NCBI GenBank assembly: GCA_963662285.2
Contig: CAXXMV010000006.1
Span: forward strand, 544,001-608,000
Direction of reading: 5' to 3'
DNA: 64,000 bases
DNA from: a bacterium
GTDB taxonomy: Bacteria; Hinthialibacterota; Hinthialibacteria; Hinthialibacterales; Hinthialibacteraceae
Positions within the stretch are counted from its first letter, which is position 1. Every line of letters begins with the position of its first letter. The position numbers were made by a program, and so were the translations under genes. The notes under the pieces were generated by a model. That model worked only from the letters and a program-made list of their open reading frames with translations, did no database searches and had not been told where the DNA came from. Below are positions 30,126-39,902 of this stretch, piece by piece.

Positions 30126-30848
30126 ATGCCAACTGAAATTTCAACCATGTCGAAGACAGTGCTCACGGAAGATCAACCTAGATATAAAATTGATAGTGAT
30201 ACTTCTGAAAAAGAGATAAAGATTCTTTCTGAAGAGCAGGAAAGAGTGATTAACAAACTGCTAAAAGCCGCTGGTCATATCCTTAATGATGAAGAACGCG
30301 ATTTAATCCATAAACTGCAAGAGAAATTAAATCGGGAAACTGAACGGGTTAATTCACTCAAAAAAGTTAAAATAACCGATAAACCGCTTGATGAATATTT
30401 GTCTGATTATAACAAAACCAAGGGCAGTGGGATTGCCGACAAGGGCGAAACTGGCTTGGATGGCGAGATTGCTCCAGTAAAAGAGAAAAAAGTTACTCAT
30501 ATCGTTGGTTTTAAACCTGAAGAAGTAGTGCGTAGATATATTGAATGCTGGAATCAGCAGAAATTCGGCGCTGAATTTGATTGCTTCAGCCGTGATTTTC
30601 TTACCCATGACAGAAGCGCTTATATTAACGCCCGTCACCTATCATTTCAGCAGCAAATGAACAATGGCGGGATGAGGATTGATTTCGGAGAAATTATTTC
30701 CAATGAAACAAAAGCGGGTCAGGCTGAAGTGATTGCCAGTAAAACAATAACTCAAGGCAATCGAAAACCACAGGAAGAGACTGACCGCTACCAGCTTAAA
30801 CTCGAAAAAAGCCATTGGTTGATTGTTGGAGTTCAACCTTATTCCTGA
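30126..30848 (+). CDS. Hypothetical protein, coiled-coil N-terminus and NTF2-like C-terminal domain
   Basis: 'PEEVVRRYIECW......FDCFS' ... 'YQLKLEKSHWLI'. Confidence 0.7.
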   Translation: MPTEISTMSKTVLTEDQPRYKIDSDTSEKEIKILSEEQERVINKLLKAAGHILNDEERDLIHKLQEKLNRETERVNSLKKVKITDKPLDEYLSDYNKTKGSGIADKGETGLDGEIAPVKEKKVTHIVGFKPEEVVRRYIECWNQQKFGAEFDCFSRDFLTHDRSAYINARHLSFQQQMNNGGMRIDFGEIISNETKAGQAEVIASKTITQGNRKPQEETDRYQLKLEKSHWLIVGVQPYS

Positions 30849-30876
30849 GATTATTGCTACAACTTATTACGTAAAT

Positions 30877-30922
30877 AAAAATCGTTTTGGCGAATCTTTC
30901 ATGTATCGTCAAAACGATTTTT
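30877..30922 (+). terminator. Intrinsic terminator-like hairpin
   Basis: AAAATCGTTTTGGCGA / TCGTCAAAACGATTTT. Confidence 0.6.
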
Positions 30923-31014
30923 CTTTGTCTGCTCTTTTCGGTGAATTATCGCAGAGTAATATATTAGAACGTTTATCTGTTCATTACTAATAAAATTAGG
31001 ATTAGGATTAAATA

Positions 31015-32523
31015 ATGGCTTATCAAAACCTTAGAGACTTTATTCATAGACTTAAACAAGAGAATGAACTGATTGAAATCAATCAGTCGGTATCTCCCCG
31101 TCTGGAGATGACCGAAATTACCGACCGGGTGTCGAAAGCGCAGGGTCCGGCTTTGTTATTCAATAATCCCGAAGGTTTTGATATGCCGGTTTTGATAAAT
31201 GCCTATGGCAGCGAGAAGCGTATGGCTATGGCGTTAGGCGTTGATCATGTAGATGATATAGCCGATAGGATTCGCGCTTTGATCCAACAGAAGCCGCCGG
31301 GAACCTGGCGCGAGAAGATATCAGCGCTGTTTGAACTGAAAGAAATTACCAGTTATTTCCCGAAACAGGTCAATTCGGGGCGTTGTAAGGAAGTGATACT
31401 TAAAGGTGACGATGCATCTTTGGATCGTATCCCTGTAATGACATGCTGGCCCAAGGATGGCGGCCCGTTCCTCACCCTGCCGCAAATATTCACCCGCGAT
31501 CCGGTTAATGGCATCAGGAATGTCGGCTTGTACCGTATGCAGGTGTTTGACGGTCAGACGACCGGGATGCATTGGCAGATTCATAAAGTCGGCGCCTCGC
31601 ATTTTCGCGAACATTCCAAGACGGGAACCCGGATGGAGGCGGCGGTGGCTTTAGGCGGCGACCCGGCTTTGTTGTACGCCGCATCCGCGCCGTTGCCGCC
31701 CAATATCGATGAACTGCTGTTTTGCGGTTTTCTGCGTCAGGCGCCGGTTGAACTGGTTAAATGCGAGACGGTGGACGTCGACGTCCCGGCGGATGCGGAG
31801 ATCATCATTGAGGGATATCTCGATCCATCAGAGAAGCGCATGGAAGGACCGTTTGGAGATCATACCGGATACTATTCTTTGGCTGACCAGTATCCGGTTT
31901 TTCATGTAACATGCATCACGATGGCCAAAGACCCGGTTTATCCTTCTACTATCGTCGGCATCCCCCCGCAAGAAGACGCCTTTCTGGGTAAAGCGACCGA
32001 GCGCATTTTTATGCCCATGATCCAGATGACTTTTCCTGAAGTGGTCGACCTGGAGTTGCCGGTTGAAGGCGGATTCCATAGTCTGGCCATTGTCTCTATA
32101 AACAAGAGTTACCCTGGTCATGGCTTTAAGATCGCCCATGCCATCTGGGGAACCGGGCTGCTGGCTCTTACCAAGAATGTCATCGTGGTTGACGGGCATG
32201 TTGATGTTCATAACTATGGCGAAGTGATGTGGCGCGTCGCCAACAATGTTGCGCCGGAGCGGGATGTGCAGATAGTGCGGGGGCCGGTTGATGCGCTGGA
32301 TAACTCGTCGGAGCATCCCGGTTTTGGATCGAAAATGTGCATCGACGCCACGCGCAAACTGCCCGATGAAGGATTCAACCGCCCCTGGCCGCCGGATATA
32401 TCCATGTCGCAAGAGGTGGTTGATCGGATTGATAAAATATGGGATGACCTTAAACTCCCCATTTCGCTGCAGGATTCAAAACGCCGCGTATTTAAGATTA
32501 CGCCGGAAGATGAAACCCCATGA
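31015..32523 (+). CDS. ubiD: UbiD-family prFMN decarboxylase (menaquinone/futalosine-pathway MqnL-like)
   Basis: CWPKDGGPF, RNVGLYRMQ, MHWQIHK, EGPFGDHTGYY, GIPPQED, IDATRK. Confidence 0.9.
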   Translation: MAYQNLRDFIHRLKQENELIEINQSVSPRLEMTEITDRVSKAQGPALLFNNPEGFDMPVLINAYGSEKRMAMALGVDHVDDIADRIRALIQQKPPGTWREKISALFELKEITSYFPKQVNSGRCKEVILKGDDASLDRIPVMTCWPKDGGPFLTLPQIFTRDPVNGIRNVGLYRMQVFDGQTTGMHWQIHKVGASHFREHSKTGTRMEAAVALGGDPALLYAASAPLPPNIDELLFCGFLRQAPVELVKCETVDVDVPADAEIIIEGYLDPSEKRMEGPFGDHTGYYSLADQYPVFHVTCITMAKDPVYPSTIVGIPPQEDAFLGKATERIFMPMIQMTFPEVVDLELPVEGGFHSLAIVSINKSYPGHGFKIAHAIWGTGLLALTKNVIVVDGHVDVHNYGEVMWRVANNVAPERDVQIVRGPVDALDNSSEHPGFGSKMCIDATRKLPDEGFNRPWPPDISMSQEVVDRIDKIWDDLKLPISLQDSKRRVFKITPEDETP

Positions 32524-33110
32524 AAAAAGAGAATATCCTGGTCGCGCCCCGTGCAATCCTGGAACCGTTTATCAACTTTCGCGGTTTTAAGTCATCCGGT
32601 GATGCGCCAATTAATGAATGGCTCAAGCAAGGCATTTTTAAGTCTAGAGACGAAATGGAATCAGACCCTAGTTATAAGCAACTGATTCCATATATCCTGT
32701 TGCGGCATGAAGACCGGGTTTTCCGTTATTGGAGAACCAAGCGGGCGGGTGAGAGCCGGTTGCATCATCTCTATTCGCTGGGGGTCGGCGGCCATATAGA
32801 TCAGCGCGACGAGAATCTTTTTACTCCAACCGATAAGTTGCTTGATGAAGCGGCCATGCGTGAATTGAAAGAGGAGGTCGAAATAGATTCTCCTGAATCG
32901 CTTAAGCATATTGGATTCATTAATGATGATGAGAGTGATGTGGGTAAGGTTCATTTTGGCATCGTCTATGAAGCATGGCTTGGTAATGATGCAATTAAAA
33001 CGCGCGAAGGCGCTTTAGGCCGCGGCGAGTGGAAGGCTGTCGACGCGCTGAGCGATGTTGCATATGAAACCTGGTCGCAGTTTCTGGTGGATGAGTATTT
33101 GAATAGATAA
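32520..33110 (+). CDS. NUDIX-family phosphoesterase (YmaB-like), translationally coupled to ubiD
   Basis: E.DPSYKQLIPY, GESRLH..YSLGVGGHI, RELKEE, VGKVH; ATGA overlap. Confidence 0.87.
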   Translation: MKKENILVAPRAILEPFINFRGFKSSGDAPINEWLKQGIFKSRDEMESDPSYKQLIPYILLRHEDRVFRYWRTKRAGESRLHHLYSLGVGGHIDQRDENLFTPTDKLLDEAAMRELKEEVEIDSPESLKHIGFINDDESDVGKVHFGIVYEAWLGNDAIKTREGALGRGEWKAVDALSDVAYETWSQFLVDEYLNR

Positions 33111-33116
33111 TCGGTA

Positions 33117-33686
33117 TTATAATTTCCAGGGTGGGATGCGGCTGTTGCCTGGTCCCCATAGTAGTACGTTGCCCAAACTCACCAATCCATTGCTTGAATC
33201 GTAATCAAGCGACTGGTAGGATGATGGATCGCGGTCAGGGCCATAGCCCATCAGGTTCCACGAATAGGGCGTCCACCAGGATGGCTGAGGAGAATTACGG
33301 CTGTCGTTCTTGCTGGTATAGTGATAAGTCGCGTAGGGAATAGGCGGCTCGTTGAAGACGATTGAATCGCTAAGTTGGTTGAATGGATCGCGGGGGATGC
33401 CGCTCATATAACTTATGGGCGTCGTCAAGCGAACCAGTTTAGCGAAATTGCGTAATTCCTGGCCCTCAAAATCTTCGGGTGGATAGGCGCCGATATCCAG
33501 TTGATACATCTCAATGGCGGTTGATAGGGCCTGATGGTCGGCGTAGGTTCGGGAAACTTTGGCGCGAATTTGGGCGTTTAGGAAATTGGGAACAGCGATG
33601 GCCGCCAGTATCCCGATTATGGCGACTACGATCAGCAGTTCGATTAAAGTAAAACCACTCTTCAGATATATCATGTCATTGTTCAC
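33117..33686 (-). CDS. Prepilin-type (GspG-like) protein, paralog D
   Basis: SG|FTLIELLIVVAIIGILAAIAVPNFLNAQ; LTTPISY...P.DPF, YGPD, YDSSNG. Confidence 0.9.
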   Translation of the reverse strand: MNNDMIYLKSGFTLIELLIVVAIIGILAAIAVPNFLNAQIRAKVSRTYADHQALSTAIEMYQLDIGAYPPEDFEGQELRNFAKLVRLTTPISYMSGIPRDPFNQLSDSIVFNEPPIPYATYHYTSKNDSRNSPQPSWWTPYSWNLMGYGPDRDPSSYQSLDYDSSNGLVSLGNVLLWGPGNSRIPPWKL

Positions 33687-33767
33687 TCATATTGGATTCG
33701 TTTTACATAAGCATAGGTTGTTACGTTCTTAATGAAAGAGTAGTGGGTGTGATAGAACCTAAAGGAA

Positions 33768-34424
33768 ATGACATTGAAACCTCTGAATAAAAAACAGAAC
33801 ACCCGCAATCATCCATGCAAATCCATTGCTAAGAATTTATCATATATAGATGTAGATATCGATGCCATCCTCTCATTGAACCACAAATGCAATGAATGCG
33901 CCGGGCATTTCACTAGCTGTTGTTCTTGTTTTGAAATATGTATAACTAAAAAGGAGATGGCCGGGATTATCGGCATTCTGCCTGAGGCAGCAAAATTACG
34001 CCGCAGTTTAGCGCTGGATGATGGTTATGATAATGTCTTTGAGGCGCTGGGCGGCGGGCAGTATTGTCTGGATACGGATGAAGACGGCCTATGCGTTTTT
34101 GCTTATGCCAAAGATAAGAAAATCCTCTGTTCACTCCATTCAGCTGCTTTGAATCTGGGCATTCCGGTTGAGCAAGTGAAGCCTGCCCCGTGTTTGCTTT
34201 GGCCCCTGGCGCTCTCTGAGGGGAAGTATAAAGTTTTGTCGGTGCATGATGATGTCTATGAGTTTGCATGCAACTCACGCAAGAAAAGCCGCGCTAAGAA
34301 ATTACGCCCAGCTATCGCTGAGATTGTTCAATGGGTTTTCGGGATAGAGTTTAGAAAACAGTTAGACTGCGCTATTTCACAGGGATTGAGCCGGGTGAGT
34401 ATATTGGCGCCGGGTGAGTTGTAG
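33768..34424 (+). CDS. Cys-rich putative Zn/Fe-chelating protein (DUF3109/YkgJ-like)
   Basis: CxxC...CC, CVF, CSLH, KPxxCxLWPL motifs. Confidence 0.75.
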   Translation: MTLKPLNKKQNTRNHPCKSIAKNLSYIDVDIDAILSLNHKCNECAGHFTSCCSCFEICITKKEMAGIIGILPEAAKLRRSLALDDGYDNVFEALGGGQYCLDTDEDGLCVFAYAKDKKILCSLHSAALNLGIPVEQVKPAPCLLWPLALSEGKYKVLSVHDDVYEFACNSRKKSRAKKLRPAIAEIVQWVFGIEFRKQLDCAISQGLSRVSILAPGEL

Positions 34425-34429
34425 TGATA

Positions 34430-34564
34430 ATCATGAGTGGCTCAATCAAGGGCTGACCGCATTGCGGTCTTGCCCTTGGCGCCCGTGAATCCATGATTTA
34501 GCAGTAAATGTGATCGTGAGTGGTTGAATCAAGGGCAGAAAATACACTGCCCTTGCCACCCGTC
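34430..34564 (+). repeat. Two tandem copies of palindromic repeat family B
   Basis: ATC(A/G)TGAGTGG.T.AATCAAGGGC...GCCCTTG at 34430 and 34513. Confidence 0.78.
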
Positions 34565-34583
34565 CGTTGTTTTTGATTAAGGT

Positions 34584-36884
34584 TTATTGATAGATACTTG
34601 TATCGTCAATACACTTCAAAATATATTCACAGCTAATTATCTTCTCTACCAAATCAACCGGGATGTAATAGTAATGATTGGACGCCTCAAAACCGATGCG
34701 TGAATCCTGACGCGTCAGGTTGAAAAGTTGAGCGGCATTATTGATTTCATCCTTAACGATTTGTTGCATGGCTTTTTTCAAATCACTGCGCTCTTTATCT
34801 GATAGGGATTTCGATTTATCCATCAGGCTATTGCGATTAGAGGTGAATCGGGTCTGGTTGGCTACTGAAGCGAAATGCAGTTGCGCTGTTTTAGCGAAAC
34901 GTAGTTGCGCCAGTACTGCGGACTGCTTTTCCGGTAAAGCTGATTGCGCCGCTTGTTCAAGTTCTTTGATGCCTTCGATCCATCCATCCGAGATTTTGCT
35001 GAACTGGTTGGCGAAAATATCCGCCGGATAGGGTCCTCTCCATCCATTAACATCATCATAAGGAATGCCGACCATGGTTGATGCATATCCGGTTGGTTTT
35101 GGATATAGCAGATTTGACGGTCCGTATTGCACCGGGCAGCGGTATACCACGCTGCCGTTGTAGGGGTATTCCTGAAAAGAACGGCTGAACAGAGTCCAGG
35201 CCTTACGGGCGTGGGGAACGCCTTTTGCGTCGAAATAATCTTTGGCTAAATCGTCCAGGGCTTGTTCTTTATTCGCGTTGGCGGAGTTTTCAAAATTGTG
35301 GATCAGTTCTAAATTCGGTGATGGATAGCCGCCCAGAGTCCAACTTAACATCAGGCCGTTGACGTCACGGTCCAGCAGGTTCTGGCAATGCTCGGCCACT
35401 AAATCCAGCACGGGCAGGTATGGTACGGCGGAGAGTTCCCAGGTGTTGTTAATCTGGACTTTGGCGATAGTTTTTAAGCCTGCTTTTTTGGCGGCGGCCC
35501 AATGCTTCAGCGCCCGTGGTCCTGGGCCGACAACGGATAATGAATATTCGCCGACGCTGGTTTCTACGCCGCCCCGGTTGATAGTTTTAGACCATTCACT
35601 GACCGACATATAATAAACCGACTTGGGCAGATTTTGGATTATTTTCAGCGCCTCAGAATCTCTCCATCCCCAATCCCATACGATTACTTTTGCGTCGGGC
35701 GCCGCGCGGTGCACGCCTTGTTCGATGGTGCTATTCACTTCAGCGATGATGTCGGCGTAACTGCGGTTGGCGCAATGAGGGCAATTGAGGTGATGGCCGT
35801 GCGAGGCGCAGTTGGATAGGTTTTCTGACGCTGTAATGCTGAAGACTCCAGCTAATTGCGGGACATTCTTGAAAACATACTCCAGCGAATCCGACAGCCA
35901 TTGCCGCACCTTGGGATGCGAGGTGCATATTGCGTAGTAGTCGCCTTCCTGAACGCCTCTCATTTCTTCGCGGCCTTTGAAAAAATCGGCGGTCATGGAT
36001 CGCGGCTCGTTCATATAGAGGTAGATGCCGATGCCGTAACGCTGCGCCCGTTGCACCAGCTCGCGCAGGTTCTTAAGACGCGTGGCGCTGCCTTCGCCGA
36101 ATTCCGGGAATATATCGCTGGGCGCTAATTGATTTAGGACGGTATGCATCCAGATGCCATCCACTCCAAGATTTGATAGTTTTTGGAATAAGCCATCGGG
36201 ATAGGAATCCTCAGAAGAGGTCATCAGCGGGTCGCCGTATAGCGCAAAATAAGAATAGATATAACGCGGCGAGAAGCGTGAACTTCTGTTTTTTGTTTTT
36301 GAAGATGCGTCAGGCGAGACCTGGCTGATATCTTTTAGAAAAGCAAATCGGTCTTCCTGAGGCGCAGTATTATCAGCATTAAAATATTGCTCAGCGATTT
36401 GCTTGATTTCAGCGCAGCGTTCTTTGGTTGCTTCGTCCGGCTTGCTATAGGTTAAGGGAGGACAATCAGGTTTCAGCGAACCCAGTTTTATGAAGAGAAA
36501 ATCATCTTCGCGCAGAGTGTGCGCCAGTTCCTGGGGCGTGAAATCTAGCAGCGTCAGCAATTGGTCATAAGAGAGTAAGTGCCAGTTGCGACGAATCAGG
36601 GTGATATAAATGCGTTTGCGGTTTTCAACGGATATAGGTTTTTGAGCAGGCAATCCCATAGACGCCGCTGCATTACAAATATTATGCGTGCTTGTATTTA
36701 AAACTTGCGCCAGGCGTTCTGCTTCAACCAGCGGCCAGTTGCGCCAGATAAAGGTATGCATGGGGCTGGGGAAATGTAGAAATTCCACAGGCTTGGGAGC
36801 ATTACCGACTGGAAGCCCCTGATTAGACCATGATATCAAAGGTAAAATGAGTAGTAAGGTTAGAATGTAAATTTTGCAACGCAT
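34584..36884 (-). CDS. Large secreted hypothetical protein, probable glycoside-hydrolase-like TIM barrel
   Basis: Signal peptide from MRCKIY (AAGGA RBS); LGVDGIW, YLYMNEPR, SENLSNC, VIVWDWGW. Confidence 0.75.
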   Translation of the reverse strand: MRCKIYILTLLLILPLISWSNQGLPVGNAPKPVEFLHFPSPMHTFIWRNWPLVEAERLAQVLNTSTHNICNAAASMGLPAQKPISVENRKRIYITLIRRNWHLLSYDQLLTLLDFTPQELAHTLREDDFLFIKLGSLKPDCPPLTYSKPDEATKERCAEIKQIAEQYFNADNTAPQEDRFAFLKDISQVSPDASSKTKNRSSRFSPRYIYSYFALYGDPLMTSSEDSYPDGLFQKLSNLGVDGIWMHTVLNQLAPSDIFPEFGEGSATRLKNLRELVQRAQRYGIGIYLYMNEPRSMTADFFKGREEMRGVQEGDYYAICTSHPKVRQWLSDSLEYVFKNVPQLAGVFSITASENLSNCASHGHHLNCPHCANRSYADIIAEVNSTIEQGVHRAAPDAKVIVWDWGWRDSEALKIIQNLPKSVYYMSVSEWSKTINRGGVETSVGEYSLSVVGPGPRALKHWAAAKKAGLKTIAKVQINNTWELSAVPYLPVLDLVAEHCQNLLDRDVNGLMLSWTLGGYPSPNLELIHNFENSANANKEQALDDLAKDYFDAKGVPHARKAWTLFSRSFQEYPYNGSVVYRCPVQYGPSNLLYPKPTGYASTMVGIPYDDVNGWRGPYPADIFANQFSKISDGWIEGIKELEQAAQSALPEKQSAVLAQLRFAKTAQLHFASVANQTRFTSNRNSLMDKSKSLSDKERSDLKKAMQQIVKDEINNAAQLFNLTRQDSRIGFEASNHYYYIPVDLVEKIISCEYILKCIDDTSIYQ

Positions 36885-37019
36885 TTTGTTTTCCTTATTG
36901 ATGGATTTGACTGTTAAATAATAACATAACATTGACTGATTGCCACTACACAGGCTGTGTTTTAGAATATATTCTTAAAGATATATGATAAAATATTTGG
37001 ATTTACGAGGTTACTTCTG

Positions 37020-39647
37020 ATGTCAGAACATGATCGTTTTCGTTTCCGCAATTTGGATCAATTAAAAGATAAAATTAATGAACTGGGTCTTGATTTACCA
37101 ACTACTGATGATTTCTCCATTCTTTCTACTCCGGTCTCTTATGGCAAGAAAGAAGTTCCAAATCGGTTAGGTTGTCATCCGATGGAGGGTTGCGATGGAT
37201 TAGCCAACGGGGCGCCATCCGAACTGACCTACCGCCGCTACCGCCGTTTCGGCGCAGGCGGTGCGGGATTGATCTGGTTTGAGGCATGTGCAGTGGCGCC
37301 TGAAGTTCGCGCCAACCCACGGCAGATATGGATTCATGATGAAACCTTGCCGGATTTCAAAAGCATGGTCGATCAGACCCGTGAAGCCGCGCAGCAATCG
37401 ATGGATCATGATCCATTTTTGGTTTTACAACTGACTCATTCAGGGCGCTACAGCCGTCCGGTCAAGAAAGCGGCGCCCATTATCGCTCATCATAGCGAGA
37501 TACTTGATCCACGGCATAATCTTCCGCCTGATTATCCCCTGATTACAGATGAAGAATTGGATCAGTTGCAGGATCAGTATCTCAAAGCAGCTATACTGGC
37601 GCGTGAAGCGGGATTCGATGCGGTCGATATAAAGAGCTGCCACCGTTATTTGATGAGTGAACTGTTCGCTTCGCATACCCGCGAAAACAGCCGTTACGGC
37701 GGCGCCTTCGAAAACCGGGTGCGCTTGCTTCTAGAGACCATTGATAAGATCAAAAAGGAAATGCCTGATTACGAGGTGACGTCGCGGCTTAATGTATATG
37801 ATGCTATCTCCTATCCTTATGGCTGGGGCGTGGATCAGGATGATTACCGTAAGCCTGATCTGACCGAGCCGTTGAAATTGATAAAAATTCTGGAAGAGAA
37901 GGGGTATCACGGTCTCAACGTTACTATCGCCAATCCCTATTACAATCCTCACTATGGCCGCCCCTATGATAATCCGATTGTCGGCGGGCATCCCCCGAAA
38001 GAGCATCCACTGGAAGGCGTGGCGCGTTTGCTGACAATCGCCAAAGCCATTCAACAAGCCAATCCCAAACTGACAGTGGTCGGCACGGGCTATTCATGGC
38101 TGCGGCAGTATGTTCCAAACTTCGCAGCGGCCATGATAGAGCAGGGGTGGAACGCCATCGCTGGTCTGGGGCGCGGTGGATTTGCATATCCTGATTTCGC
38201 CAGAGATATTATCAAAAATGGCGCGATGGATCCACAAAAAACCTGCATTACCTGTTCATCCTGCACCCAGATTATGCGCGATCACGGGCAAACTGGATGC
38301 GTACCGCGTGATGCAGAGATATATGCTGAAATATACAAAGATGGCCGTTGGCATGATCCGGCTAATATCCGTGAGAAGGCGGCCAAATGCCTGGGATGCC
38401 ACGCCCCTACCTGTGCGGCGCATTGTCCAGCGGGTATTGATATTCCTGCATTTTTAGAAGCGGTTTCTCTAGGCGAAGATGAAAAAGCCTATCGTATTTT
38501 GAGAACCGCAAATTTGCTGCCGGAAATCTGCGGCTATATATGTCCGGTAGAAGTACAGTGTGAAGGCAATTGCGTGCAACGTCACATGACTTCTGAATCG
38601 GTGAGCATCGCCCGTATCCAAAGATACATCGCTGAACGCGCGGTTGATGAAGGTTGGGCTGCTTTGGAGATTCCCGATTCACCGACGGGCAAGCGGATCG
38701 CCATTATCGGCGCAGGGCCTGCCGGGCTGAGCTGCGCCGCTGGACTGTTGGAGCAGGGTCACTCGGTGGTTGTGCTGGATCGAGGTTCGCATCCGGGAGG
38801 CAAAGCGCACAGCGTCATCCCCGGCAACCGGCTTCCAGCGGATCATGCTACCGCTGAGATTCATGCCATATTCGATACGGTGAGCGATGATCGTCTGGAG
38901 TGGCGTTGGAACACGGCATTGGGGCCGGATTACTCGTTGCAGGATGTTAAGAACGAGGGCTTCGATGCAGTTGTTCTGGCCTTTGGTCTGGGCAACACCT
39001 ACAGTTTGGCCAAAGATGAACCAAACCCCGAAGGCGTCATGGATGCGCTGGCTTTTCTGGAGCAGATGCACCGCAACCCGGAGCATCGCGTCCAGGGTAA
39101 GATCGCGGTTATCGGCGGCGGCAACACTGCGATTGACGCGGCGACAGTGGCCAAAGCCAAAGGCGCTGAAGACGTCTACCTGATTTACCGACGCAGTTTT
39201 GAAGAGATGCCCGCATGGCCCGGTGAAAGAGACTACGCGGTCAGCGCCGGGGTGCACATGCTGTTGCTTACTCAACCAGTAGGATATGAAGTGAACGAAG
39301 AAGGTTGCGTAAACGCAGTGCGCGTGGTTCGCACCGAGCTGGGGCCGCAAGATGATTCAGGCCGCCGCAGCCCGGTTGAGATACCAAACAGCGAAAACTC
39401 CATCCCTGTTTCGATGGTGGTTGAAGCCATAGGCGAAAAGACCTCGCCAGAAGTTTTGCAGGTGCTTGAACCAGTTGAATTAACTCATCAAGGTCTGGTC
39501 CGGGTTGATTGGGAAACCTTCATGACCTCCGAGCAATCCGTCTTCGCCGCTGGAGATTTGATTAACGGCGGAACCACCGTGGTTCAGGCAATAGCCGATG
39601 GCCGTAAGGCCGCTTGCAGTATTATTCAATATTTGCGAGATATATAA
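37020..39647 (+). CDS. NADH:flavin oxidoreductase (OYE TIM barrel + 4Fe-4S) fused to a GltD/PreT-like Fe-S/FAD/NADPH module
   Basis: HPMEGCD, QLTHSGR, DIKSCHRYL, CITCSSC..C; then CLGC...C...CP, CGYICP....CEGNC, GAGPAG, GGGNTAID, FAAGD. Confidence 0.88.
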   Translation: MSEHDRFRFRNLDQLKDKINELGLDLPTTDDFSILSTPVSYGKKEVPNRLGCHPMEGCDGLANGAPSELTYRRYRRFGAGGAGLIWFEACAVAPEVRANPRQIWIHDETLPDFKSMVDQTREAAQQSMDHDPFLVLQLTHSGRYSRPVKKAAPIIAHHSEILDPRHNLPPDYPLITDEELDQLQDQYLKAAILAREAGFDAVDIKSCHRYLMSELFASHTRENSRYGGAFENRVRLLLETIDKIKKEMPDYEVTSRLNVYDAISYPYGWGVDQDDYRKPDLTEPLKLIKILEEKGYHGLNVTIANPYYNPHYGRPYDNPIVGGHPPKEHPLEGVARLLTIAKAIQQANPKLTVVGTGYSWLRQYVPNFAAAMIEQGWNAIAGLGRGGFAYPDFARDIIKNGAMDPQKTCITCSSCTQIMRDHGQTGCVPRDAEIYAEIYKDGRWHDPANIREKAAKCLGCHAPTCAAHCPAGIDIPAFLEAVSLGEDEKAYRILRTANLLPEICGYICPVEVQCEGNCVQRHMTSESVSIARIQRYIAERAVDEGWAALEIPDSPTGKRIAIIGAGPAGLSCAAGLLEQGHSVVVLDRGSHPGGKAHSVIPGNRLPADHATAEIHAIFDTVSDDRLEWRWNTALGPDYSLQDVKNEGFDAVVLAFGLGNTYSLAKDEPNPEGVMDALAFLEQMHRNPEHRVQGKIAVIGGGNTAIDAATVAKAKGAEDVYLIYRRSFEEMPAWPGERDYAVSAGVHMLLLTQPVGYEVNEEGCVNAVRVVRTELGPQDDSGRRSPVEIPNSENSIPVSMVVEAIGEKTSPEVLQVLEPVELTHQGLVRVDWETFMTSEQSVFAAGDLINGGTTVVQAIADGRKAACSIIQYLRDI

Positions 39648-39648
39648 A

Positions 39649-39702
39649 ATCGTGAGTGATCGTCTCAAGGGCTGGCCGCATTGCGGGCTTGCTCTTGGCA
39701 TC
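39649..39702 (+). repeat. Palindromic repeat family B copy
   Basis: ATCGTGAGTGATCGTCTCAAGGGCTGGCCGCATTGCGGGCTTGCTCTTGG. Confidence 0.72.
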
Positions 39703-39902
39703 TGGCAATATCCATCCCTGGAACGTTGGACTCCCAATCCCACCTCCGGGGATTTTAGTATATTTAGAGCTGCTCTATCTAATTATTGGTTGGAAACGTG
39801 TAAAATCATGAATCAATGTATCATCGATCAAATAAGTATTATCGGATCAATAGAAATAAAAACATTATTTCAAAAATCAATTATGATTGGAAACAATTTG
39901 AC

